Assembly: GCA_050575255.1 (NCBI GenBank)
Contig: JBNZDD010013730.1
Location: forward strand, 3,733,538 to 3,797,537
Reading direction: 5' to 3'
Length of the DNA stretch: 64,000 nt
From: Harriotta raleighana
Taxonomy: Eukaryota
The notes below the pieces were generated by a model that worked only from the letters and a program-made list of their open reading frames with translations, made no database searches and was not told where the DNA came from. The position numbers were made by a program, and so were the translations under genes. Shown one piece after another: positions 38,777 through 49,119 of the stretch. The stretch's first letter is position 1. Every line of letters begins with the position of its first letter.

Positions 38777-38914
38777 CTGCAGCGTCCCTCCAAACACTGC
38801 TATCATAAGCATCAAAACTGTTAAATAGTCTGTGAAAACATCCCACCATGGTTTTAAGATTTTAAATGTAGCCCGTTGGTCTCCAAAATACTTCAGTTCA
38901 ACCACTGAAAACAT
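38777..38914 (-). CDS. Extra LRRC8-family paralogue, coding exon 1 (46 codons, N-terminus + TM1)
   Basis: [46 protein letters not shown]. Acceptor ttttttag 2 nt before ATG. Donor CAG|gtaaac at 38776, phase 0. Confidence 0.92.
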
Positions 38915-39496
38915 AACTAAAAAATCAAAAAAAGGTATTACTAATTGCATGAATTGCTATCATTCATTTTATTATATAATGTGCCTTACTTATTCTAAAT
39001 CAAAATATGTCCTACTGGCTTATGAGAGCTATTACTAAAGCCATATTTGGAATATTGTATATGGTTTTGAACACTATTAGAAAATCTTTCATAATCAACA
39101 ATAAAATAATACTTGCATTTGATACAGAAACTAATCATGCTAAAATACAGAGGGAAGGTGCAAAGCTAAGATCGGGAGGTCCACTACACCAAACAGAAAC
39201 AGATAAGACCGATAAAATGTAAATAGTGATATGGAGGGATCACCTGAAAATCCAATTTTAGTTATTTTTAATGCTATCCAATAGCTGGCCATTCTTTCTG
39301 TTTCAGCTCTCCAGTATCTGATAGTTGTTCTCAAAGTACTTCTTTCAGCAATTGCCAAAGCAAGCGGTTCAGTGACTAACAATAACTGAAGAAAATAAGG
39401 CATGATAGTGACATCTGATTGATTGAAGCCACAAGCCAGGGAAAGCAGTGGGAGATTAATCAAATTTAAGGTGCAATGCCTGATGTATGCATTGTA

Positions 39497-39902
39497 AGCC
39501 TTGCAATTTGATTTAGGACCTTATGTCTTTTGAGACATCTCAAAGCACTTCACAGATTATAAAGTGAATGGACTGTATATTTTGTGTGCGAAATATGACA
39601 GCCATTTGCGCACTATAATTTATTTTTATTTATATAAATATAATATATAAATAAATAAATAAATAAAATAATGCCTCAAACAGTCGAGGATTGAATGACA
39701 AAATTATTGGCAAATTTTTTTTTNNNNNTTTTTTTTTTTAATGGTATTAATAACCCCGGAACAGCCAGATTCCTACTTACTGCTAAACATAGAGGTGTGT
39801 GGAGTAAGGAAACTTGTCCCATGTTTTGCCCTGCCCAATAGTCAAACCTAAGCTCTCTCGCTTGTTAAGCGAGTACTCTAACCCACTAAAATACAGGACT
39901 CC
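39497..39902 (-). mobile_element. Diverged SINE with internal AT-rich expansion and small gap
   Basis: ccttgcaatttgat...caaagcacttcacaga...ggagtaaggaaacttgtccc...gcgagtactctaac. Confidence 0.75.
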
Positions 39903-39974
39903 AGATAACAAATTTCTGACAGATTACAACCCCTTATTGATTCATCAGTGGTAGTCAATATTGGCAAAATTCAA

Positions 39975-41660
39975 CCTTGTTGCATCCTCACCTGCCCCAG
40001 CCTCACACCAGGTCCATCCTTGCCTGCCCCAGCCTCACACCTGGACCCATCCTCACCTGCCCCAGCCCCATACCAGGTCGTATCTTTGCCTGCTCCATCC
40101 TCACATAAGGTCCCATCCTCACCTGCCCCTGCATTGGCCCCATACCAGGTCCCATCATGGGCTGCCCGAGGCCAACACCAGGTCCCACCCTGGGCTGCCC
40201 CAGACCCACACCAGGTCCCATCCTGGGCTGCCCCAGCCCCACACCAGGTCCCATGCCTTGCTGCCCCAGCCCACCAGGTCCCATCCTTGACTGATCCAAC
40301 CTCACACCAAGTCCCATCCCTTGCTGCCCCAGCCCCACACCAGGTCCTATCCTTCCCTGATCCATCCCCATACCAGGTTCCATCCTTGGCAGCCCCATCC
40401 CCACATTAAGTCCCATTCTCCCCTGCCCCATCCCCACATTCGATCCCATCCCCTGCTGTCCTGGCCCAACACCAGCTCCCATTCTTGGCTGATCTAACCC
40501 CATACAAGATTCCATCCTCCCCTGCCCTAGCCCCACACCAGGACCCATCCTCGCCTGTTCCAGCCCCATATCAGGTCCCAGCCTCCCCTGCCCTAGCCCT
40601 GCACTAGGTCCCAACCCCTGAAGCCCTAGACCTGCACCGGGAACCATCCTCCCCTGCCCCAGGCTTGTATTAGGTCTCATCCCCTGCTGCCCAAGCCCCA
40701 CACCAGGATCCATCCTCCCCTGCCCTAGCCCTGCACCAGGCCGCATCTCTTGATGTCCAGGCTCCACGTCAAATCCAATCCTCCCAGGCCCCTGCCCCAC
40801 AGATCCCACCCTCCCCTGCTGCCGCGGACCCACACCAGCTCCTATCCTCCCCTGCTGCAGCCCCAATCCACGTCCTATCCTCGCCTGTTCCAGTGCAAAA
40901 CCAGATCCGACCCTCTCCTGCTCTTGCCTCAAACCAGTTCCCATCCTCCCACACCCCGGTCCCATTCCCTGCTGCCCCAGTCCCATTCCCTGCTGCCCTA
41001 GTCCCATCCCCTGATGCACCAGCCCCATCCCCTGCTGCCACAGTCCCGTCCCTTGCTGCCACAGTCCCGTCCCCTGCTGCCACAGTCCTATACCAGTTTC
41101 CATTCCCTGCTGCCTCAGTCCCATTTCCTGCTGCCCCAGTCCCATACCAGGTCCCATTCCCTGCTGTCTCAGTCCCATCTCCTGCTGCCCCAATCCTATA
41201 CCAGGTTGCATTCCCTGCTGCCTCAGTCCCATTTGCGGCTGCCCCAGTACTCTACCAGGTCCCAACCCCTGCTGCCCCAGTCCCCTACCAGGTCCCATCC
41301 CCTGCTGCCCCAGTCCCATCCCCTGCTGCCCCAGTCCCCTACCAGGTCCCATCTCCTGCTGCCCTGGGCCCACACAAGGTGCCTTCCTCGCCTGCCCTCG
41401 CCCCACTCCAGGTCCCATCCTCACCTGTCCCGGCCCTACACCAGATCCCTTCCACGGCTGCTGATCCAGACCAGGTCCCATTCTCTCCTGCCCCAGCCCA
41501 ATATTAGGTCCCATCCTCGGCTGCCCCAGTCCCTGCCCCATACCACGTCGCATCCTCGCCGGTTCCAGACCCACCCCGACGCCCATCCTCGCCTGCCACC
41601 GACCCACGCCAGAGCCCATCCTCGCCTGCCGCAGCCCCACACCGGGTCCCATCCTGGCCC
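39975..41660. repeat. Diverged minisatellite: 33-bp unit (minus strand GGGCAGGGGAGGATGGGACCTGGTGTGGGGCTG) with an internal block of 21-bp units at ~40960-41330
   Basis: Recurring cccatcctc(c/a/g)cctgccccagccccacaccaggt and ccctgctgccccagtcccat(c/t) on the + strand. Confidence 0.93.
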
Positions 41661-41784
41661 GTTCCTGCTCTCGCCCTCGCCCACAGCCTCGGCGTCGCTC
41701 TCGGGGAAGGTATCCACTCGAGCCTGACCTGACCGAAGGGCCCTCACCAACCTGCGACTTTTCTAATCCAGTTCGAAATAACAC
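40003..41784 (-). CDS. Putative Gly/Gln/Met/Pro/Arg-rich tandem-repeat protein or large coding exon (first in-frame ATG at 41652, 549 aa)
   Basis: 593 open codons across diverged 33-bp and 21-bp repeats. The other frames are broken. Lies directly downstream of a CpG island. ATG context gccaggATGg. No recognisable folded domain. Confidence 0.45.
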   Translation of the reverse strand: MLFRTGLEKSQVGEGPSVRSGSSGYLPRERRRGCGRGREQERARMGPGVGLRQARMGSGVGRWQARMGVGVGLEPARMRRGMGQGLGQPRMGPNIGLGQERMGPGLDQQPWKGSGVGPGQVRMGPGVGRGQARKAPCVGPGQQEMGPGRGLGQQGMGLGQQGMGPGRGLGQQGLGPGRVLGQPQMGLRQQGMQPGIGLGQQEMGLRQQGMGPGMGLGQQEMGLRQQGMETGIGLWQQGTGLWQQGTGLWQQGMGLVHQGMGLGQQGMGLGQQGMGPGCGRMGTGLRQEQERVGSGFALEQARIGRGLGLQQGRIGAGVGPRQQGRVGSVGQGPGRIGFDVEPGHQEMRPGAGLGQGRMDPGVGLGQQGMRPNTSLGQGRMVPGAGLGLQGLGPSAGLGQGRLGPDMGLEQARMGPGVGLGQGRMESCMGLDQPRMGAGVGPGQQGMGSNVGMGQGRMGLNVGMGLPRMEPGMGMDQGRIGPGVGLGQQGMGLGVRLDQSRMGPGGLGQQGMGPGVGLGQPRMGPGVGLGQPRVGPGVGLGQPMMGPGMGPMQGQVRMGPYVRMEQAKIRPGMGLGQVRMGPGVRLGQARMDLV

Positions 41785-41869
41785 TCACTTTCCTCTCCTG
41801 TTTATCATCTGACATGTTATATGGGGCTTAAGTTTCCTCTCCTAGCCTGCTATGACTAAGTCCTAGTTA

Positions 41870-42485
41870 AACGGTGGGGAGGGCTCAAACAGAAACAGGC
41901 TGAGGCCTAGCAGGTCCCACCACGCACCGTTGAACGGTCGAACTTTTTTTTCTCGCAAAACGGTCGCCGCTCGAGGGGACGTTACTGCACATGCGCAGCA
42001 ACTGACTGGCAGCGTGTGGTGGGCCGCCATCTTTCATGCTGGCAAAATGGCTGCTCTGGTTTGGCCTCGGGCGGGGGGGGGGGGGCTGGGAGTCCTCCCA
42101 CTCAGCAGCTCCTGTTCACCCTGCCAGCCCAAAGAAAGCGTAACGTGTGCGCATCGCTCCTTGCACTCTTTTTATCTCTTGAGATTCCCACGTGGTAGGC
42201 AAAATTGGTCACCGTTGCCGACGTCCAGAAATAATCAGGCGCCGATCAGCGAACCTGAATTAACGACCAACTTTGGTCGATGTGAGCGCCCTCCACGCCG
42301 GACAGCGTCTCAGAACGCTTCACATCCACCGATCCCGGGACCGACCCTTTTTTGGGAAAGAAACCAAATCAAGGCTTTCCCACTGGATTTGAAAGTTTTC
42401 CGGTTGGATTAAAAGGCCCCCCCCCCCCCCACCCGCACACCTACTTGCATGAATTTTGGCAGTTCATATAACTTGCCGCGCGGAT
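41870..42485. promoter_or_regulatory. CpG-island promoter upstream of the repeat ORF and the extra LRRC8 gene
   Basis: CpG-dense. NRF1-like TGCACATGCGCA at ~41986-41997; back-to-back YY1-type GCCGCCATCTT (~42023) and AAAATGGCTGC (~42044); GC box GGGCGGGG at ~42068. Confidence 0.72.
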
Positions 42486-42511
42486 GCAAGATGATTTTTC
42501 ATCCTGAAAAT

Positions 42512-42825
42512 GCAAAGTTACACATGTGAAAGCCGCCTTCCCAAGTCGGGATGACGTCCCAAGGGGACAGTGCGATCAGGGATTCGGACTCGAGCTCAGG
42601 GCTGGGATCAGGGAGGGTGGCTGAAGGATCGACCGAAGGAGGCAAGGGAGGGAGAGATGGGAATGTGGGATGGAGTTCCATAGAGTAGAGAAAGGCTTGA
42701 CGGTCTAACTACCAATGGTGGAGCAGGTCGGGCGGAGAACATGGAGCAAACAGACAGAGGTAGTGGATAGGTTGGTTATTAATAAGAGTCAGCGGGTTGC
42801 AGAGATAGGGAGGAGCAAGGCCTTA
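42512..42825 (-). mobile_element. L2 3' fragment abutting the CpG island
   Basis: gatgacgtcccaagg...ggagttccatagagtag...gatggtggagc. Confidence 0.6.
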
Positions 42826-43014
42826 AAAAAAAAACATATGAAATCACGTCAAGATTCTAGTTGGGTGACAAATTGTTAATATATTCTAATCGCTGTTTTT
42901 GATGGTCTGTAGATTCTTCCATCCTAGAAAAAATAATCTTAAGTGTTTGCAGGTTATATAGATGGTTTGAAAAGTAGGAACCAAAAACTGGTATGATTCA
43001 CTGACTATGAATTA

Positions 43015-43030
43015 ACACTAGATGGCAGGC
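43015..43030 (+). promoter_or_regulatory. CTCF-like motif between the LRRC8D 3' end and the downstream CpG island
   Basis: ACACTAGATGGCAG resembles the CTCF core. Motif match only. Confidence 0.3.
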
Positions 43031-43101
43031 ATGACTCATAAAAACTGTCTTACAATAGTACAGTATTAGAAAATACATACATATACGATAGTTTCAAAAC
43101 T

Positions 43102-43107
43102 TTTATT
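43102..43107 (-). terminator. Candidate LRRC8D polyadenylation signal AATAAA (~3-kb 3' UTR)
   Basis: At the end of a repeat-poor AU-rich tract downstream of the LRRC8D stop. Confidence 0.4.
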
Positions 43108-43811
43108 GTGTTCTTTAAAACAACTAGGAATCGTTCTTTTAAGAATCAATAGTGCAATGCCATTTAAGAAGATAACATTTTTAAATCTAAAATTAACGAA
43201 ACATCTATCACAAATTACAGTTTAAATAAAAGAAAATCAGGCTTCAGGTTTTGAGGATCACAAACTCAGGGGCAAAAGCATACAGGCATGCAAGAGCTTG
43301 ACAAACATCTTTCAAGTACAATTTTTGTTTTCTTAAAATGCCGTGGTTTGCGTCAATATATTGTACATTTCAAATATCCCTGCAGAAAATGCACAGTGGC
43401 AAAAACAATTATAGAAATCTATAAATGTTGCAAGTTTACAATACAGAGTTAGAAACAAAAAAAATTGTGTTCTGGTCTTACATTTTGTTTATAAAAAAAG
43501 CTTCAGAAAAATAGAATTCATTGTATTTGCACTACAGTTGATTTGGAGAATTGCTGACATGATTTAACATAATAAATAAAAACGTATTTTTGCCTGTAGT
43601 GCCCAAAACATCTTCTAGTTTTTAGTGAGGCCTGTCCTGTACACTATCAAGTTTAAATGGAAAATATCTATAAGATCATACCTGAATTTTGAGCATTTGT
43701 GCATTTGTTTTCTTTCTAGGAGAAAAAGAGAGCTACCTGCAAAGTACCTTTATTTTTAAAAATAAATTAAATAGCTGTTGCACTAAGTTGTCATGGCTTT
43801 GCATCCATAAT

Positions 43812-43814
<3 letters not shown>

Positions 43815-43842
<28 letters not shown>
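43815..43842. repeat. (AC)n microsatellite in the putative LRRC8D 3' UTR
   Basis: Direct reading. Confidence 0.9.
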
Positions 43843-46115
43843 TTATATACACAGCACACAAACATCTGCGGGCACACAAAGTTGCACTCTACCCAGGATT
43901 CAGATGACCAACTCCTCCAAGCCCAAGCATTAGAACTTCTTAGCATGTACATTACCTGGGAAGGAAATTTTCAAAATGTGAGCAAATCTTGTTTTATGAA
44001 ATGGCATTTGCTCCAGAATATGACGGGAAAATTGGGCTCTGAAAGATTACTTTAAATCAACACTGTTTTCTGCACAATATGCTTAATACTGAATCCAAGC
44101 AGTAAGGGGACCTCGCAACTTCAATAAGTGAGCGATAATGATTGAACTCAGTGCCAGGCCTCACTATACTAGCTTGATTTAAATCCTCAGTTGTTTTGAT
44201 GGCAAACAAGGAGGTCATAAGCATCATGAATGTAACAGCCACTTATTAGAAAAGGTCTTCATATCACAATGTTCTACAAGTGCGCATGCTCGTGCTTATG
44301 TTACAGAAAAATAGCCAAAGTTCCTAGATAATTTACCAGTTGGTGTGGATCCAGTCACAGCACATTAGTTAAACAAAAATGTTCCATTCATTTGTAGCTA
44401 ATGCACAACATTCCACCACTATCTAGTTCCTAGAACAGTACCTTTATTATTGACTTGTTTGTTTAAATAGTTTCAAAATGGAGGTTTTTCCTCTTGCCTA
44501 TTATGCTTTACCTAGCTTTTAGTTGTCAGGTCATGGGGTTGCAATCTAGGAATTCTGCCCACTTATTAACTACTTGATGCTGAAAGATGCACCTGAAATC
44601 CAAATGTAATCATATAGAAGCTCTAAAATCTGCTGATACAATTACACTGTTGCATTATTTCGCGAATTTCTCTTAGAAGAGAAAGAGAATTAGAAGAGAA
44701 AATGGAAACCTACAAATCACACTCAAACATCCTTTCAATGTGATGTATAATTACTTACTTTTATGAGGGCATTTTGAATTTTTATGCATTTCAGCCTGCA
44801 AAAGCGAGCACTGCTCATGATAAGACTCCTAAGGATCTCAAACACAAGGAATTCAAGCATTTCTGGGTAAGGGAGATCTTCAGTACAACTGCTCCTCTGC
44901 ATGTATTCGTTGCTTAAGCAACTGAAGTTTCTGTGAATTACTTCTCTCCCACAGAGGCTTGCAATTTCATGTCTCTGCTTGCACCCAGAGCCAATTTGCA
45001 AATGAATTTGATGGGATAGTCTGAAGGCTATTCCCAAAGCAGCACCATTCATTCTTGTTTATTACTGTAGGCTTTCCTGGTTTGGATGTCTCCAGCCTGT
45101 AGGATGGTTTTTAGCATTAATTTCATTTCAAATAAATAAAACACCTTCAGATCCATTCTCGGTCACCAATGCAATATGGGTCATCAGTGCAACAACAACA
45201 AATTGCATTTTTTTTTATTTACTGCAATAGGGGGCATCAGTGCAAGAGAGAATTACAATGAAATTCACCAGATTTATATTTCCCTACCCAGATAAGATCT
45301 GCCTTTAGGGAACTTATTTTGAGGAGTGCTTTGTACTGAAATTAGTCTCTGTAGCATTTCCTATTTGAAAATCATTCATTGCAAGGCAAATAAAAAACGA
45401 TCAACTTTGAAAACATTTTTCCAAGAAAAACAATAGTTGAAGTTGGCACTAGGAACCAGACACTGAGGTATTCTATACATCAAATCACATGGGTGAAGAG
45501 TCTGAATCTGCCCTTCCTACAAAAACACAAAGATAGTGGTATGGTACTATGGAGTGGCATGATTTGGGTTTATGCCCATACATTGCGTACATTGCAAGCT
45601 TTTGATTTCAGCTGTGAAACCAAGGGAGGGGCTGAGGGATATAAGGAGGATCCCACAGTGAGGATGGGAAGTCAGAGTTTGGTGCAATAAGCTGGTCTTG
45701 CACATTTACAGTGCCCAGTTCAAGGCCAGTGAGTGCCCAATTCAGGGTCAATATTGGGAGAGAAGAGATCTGAGGGGAAAAAATTGAAAAACAATCCGGA
45801 GACCTAGACAGCTGAAAAAAAAAATATTTTTTAAAAAAATAGATGGCCGGAATGGGGGGATAATTAAATCTGAACATTTACAAATAAAAGATATGTGAAC
45901 AAAACGGTCCATCCATAACAAACATTTATAAGACAACCAGTAACTGACACTTAGTTAATTGGTTACAACAATTTCAGACCTTTTTAAGGACCACAAGTTT
46001 GCTTTTTTTTAATATAGTTTTGTTAAGTACCTTGATCTAGTTTTACATTATTTCCAGTCAACTGGCAAACAAACATTCAGTTGCAAAACTGCTACATATA
46101 GTTTGCTCAAATACT

Positions 46116-48644
46116 TTATATTCCTGGGCCAAAAGTAGAATTTGAGTTAAAGTCTTGATTAAACAGATCTTTAACTTCAGAGGGCAGTGTATCAAACAGA
46201 TGATCTTCAACAATAAGTCCATTTTTCTTCAGAAGCCGACACTGGCCTAACTCTGCTGGAAGTCTGTCCAGGCAGTTTCCCTTCAGTTCGAGCTGTGTAA
46301 GTTGCACAAGCTGGCTAATTTTCTCTGAAATTGAAGTAATGCAGTTTTGTCCCACGTACAAACTACGCAATTTTGTGCACTTACAAACATGCTTTGACAA
46401 AACTTCTACTCGGTTTCCCGTGATGGCAAAATACTGTAAATTCTGGAGAGAGATGATTTCTGGGGGAATTGTAGAAATGGCATTGTGACTGACATCCAAG
46501 AATCTGAGCTTCTGCAAATTGAAGAGAGCCAAGGGTAGAGATTCTAGTTTGTTCTGAGATAAATAAAGCATCTCGAGATTTTTCACAAGACTGATAGATG
46601 AAGGAATGGTGATGATCTTGTTGTGCCACAGCTTCAGACAAGTTAAGCGCTTGAGATGCTGGAAACTTATCACCTCTTCAATCGTACGAATGTTATTGGA
46701 CTTCAAATCTAGTTCTTGCAAGTTGGTCAAACTAAAAATAGCATGTGGAATTCGATCCAACTCAGAGTTCTGCAACTCCAGTTCAGTTAGATTAATCATC
46801 TTCTTCAAGTTGTTGAGCACTAAAAGTTTAGTTCCATCATTATGAATCACAAGACTGGTAAGATGTGGTGCAACATCTGTAACGTTTGAAGGAACTTTGG
46901 TCAGATTACTCTTAAGATGCAAGATCTTTAGGTGTTTCAATTCTCGTAAAGACTCTAGAGCTATCATCTTGTTGTTTTCCGAGTTCAGATTACCAACTAA
47001 ATACATCTCCCGCAGATTTTTGAGCAAATAGACCCAGGCAGGAATTTCTGCAACGTCCGTGAATTTGATATGTAGACATCTAAGGTGGTCTCGGAGAAAG
47101 CTGAAGGCAGTTTGTTCTACTTTAGCAGGACAGTGATAAAGGTGCAGCTCCTGTAGGTTAGTCATTTGGGAAATTTTGGCAGGAATCTTTGCCTCAGGAA
47201 TCAGTTCTAACTTCAGTACGTCAAGGTCTGTTATATCAAATACAGCATCTGGTACCCCTGAGAGCATGAAGAGATGCAACTCCTGGTTGTCTTGAGCATT
47301 TCTGGAGACATGCTGCTTGAGTTTTTCATAAGTCCATTCATGGTTCAAGCTTAACTCACGGAGTTTGTTTTCACTCACCTCAGATAGAAAGACACCAAAT
47401 CGTTTAGAATAAAGTTGATCGTATTGATCGACCATGTGTAGCAGAAATGCAAAGTCGTTTTTAACATCTGGAATGTCACTAAAGTTACTTTCTTCACGAA
47501 CCTTTTCAAATGAATATTCCTTCAAGGGTCGTCTGAACAGCCAGAATAAAGTGTATATGCAAACCATTCCATAAACACATATAAGGGCAATATAACTAAT
47601 TAATAATTTTCGTAGCATAAAAGCCATATTGTGCGTACAGTAAAACTCAGCGTATCCAGTCAAACGCTGTACTTGTGCATCTGGTGTGCAGACGTGATCA
47701 AAACTTATTGAAGTCACAAAGGTTAGAGTGTAACACAAAATAAATATAAATTTTACTGTCTTTATGACTGTTTGGACAGCATACAATTTGTATATTAAAG
47801 CACTATCTTCCACATGCGCACGGAATTTACGAACTTTTTCAAAAAGGGCTTTGGCTTGCTCGCCATCTTTCTTGTCTAAAATAGTCATGCTGGGAACTTC
47901 AACAACAGGTTTTTCTGCTGAGAACTTAGGTCCAGATCTAGATATCATTGGTGTACTGGGACTGGGGCTCTCTTCTTCACTGCTGGTTGATAAATGTTTT
48001 GCCACAGAAGACTTAAAACGTTGTTTGTTCTCCTCCGAATCCTCACATGCCGTTTCAGAAAGTGCCTTTGTGGTCCATGGAGATTCAAAACACTTCCCCA
48101 ATATAGAGACAAAATGTTCAATCTTGGAACTGGTTTTGGGATACTTGAACCAGAAATTGCTGCTCACCATTAAAATGAGTGTGTGGATGAGAGCTAGATA
48201 GGGAAAATACTTTGAGTACCAGGGCAAGGCCACATGATAACATAGTTGATTTACAAAAACATATTGCTGATAGTCCAGGTGAGTTTTACATCTGAAGCTC
48301 GGGATAGTTTCTTCATGCGAGTCAACAGTCCTCATGGATACAGTTTGATAAGAAAACTTCTGGTCTTCTTCCTCTGTAGCATGACTGCCGATTTCCAATG
48401 CAGAGGTAGTGGTTTGTTTCTGTGGTGCAGCACTGGTCTCAGGAAAGGTTGCACGGTTTTCAGCTACCTCCAACCTAGGGAGACACACAACTTGGTCTTT
48501 GGTCAGTTGCATGGTGCCCGCGAAGATAGCCAACATTAGCATTACGATAGCTAAATAGTCCATGAAAACATCCCACCATGGCTTCAGGATCCGATAGGTT
48601 GCTTGAATGTCATTAAGCGATGCTACTTCTGTGAGGGTAAACAT
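46116..48644 (-). CDS. LRRC8D: Volume-regulated anion channel subunit LRRC8D, single coding exon, 842 aa
   Basis: Starts [31 protein letters not shown]. Long ECL1. D-type motifs [70 protein letters not shown]. C-terminal LRR array. Splice acceptor ttttacag lies 2 nt before the ATG (48647-48648), so the ORF-track start at 48698 is intronic. Confidence 0.95.
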   Translation of the reverse strand: [842 protein letters not shown]

Positions 48645-49119
48645 TCCTGTAAAAGTACAAGAAGAAATTATGGGATTACTAGGAATAAACATTAACATGT
48701 TTTACTCTCAAGATCTATCTTTTCCCAATCCTACATTCATTCTCTTCCATACCATTTTCCAAATAATTAGTTATCTGTGAATTAGTTAATAAGGATGTTT
48801 GACCAGCTATTTCCAATTAATCATGAGCTAAGCACCAGAGTAAATGATGAACATACAATGATAAAATCCCTGACTCTTCTTTTCCATTTTTCACTACCTC
48901 ATCTTATCACCTTTCATTTTAAATCACTGTAACAGAATATATAGCATTGGACAAATAGCATTATTAGATTATCTTATGAAACAATTAGCAATTACAAAGA
49001 CTGATAGTTAACTGATGCTTTTGGCAATAAAAATGCTTGGGACAGACACCCAATTCTTGCACATTTTATAAATTGGATATTAACAATTCATAAATTAGAA
49101 TTGCCCACAATACAAGATA

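Noticed and set aside
39975-41660. CRISPR-like array
   Set aside because: Eukaryotic context; contiguous degenerate units without unique spacers.
39948-41727. Plus-strand Pro/Ala- and Pro/His-rich ORFs
   Set aside because: Antisense shadows of the repeat, interrupted by stops; the minus frame is the only continuous one.
41752-41815. MSDDKQERK joined in frame to the repeat ORF through gtgagt...tcgcag
   Set aside because: The intron would be only 37 nt, too short for a vertebrate spliceosomal intron.
47764-48539. Plus-strand ORFs of 145 and 97 aa
   Set aside because: Antisense shadows of the LRRC8D CDS.
48645-48698. ORF-track N-terminal extension of LRRC8D (likewise 38915-38950, 22088-22134, 21364-21645, 13079-13138)
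   Set aside because: Read-through into introns beyond clear splice sites.
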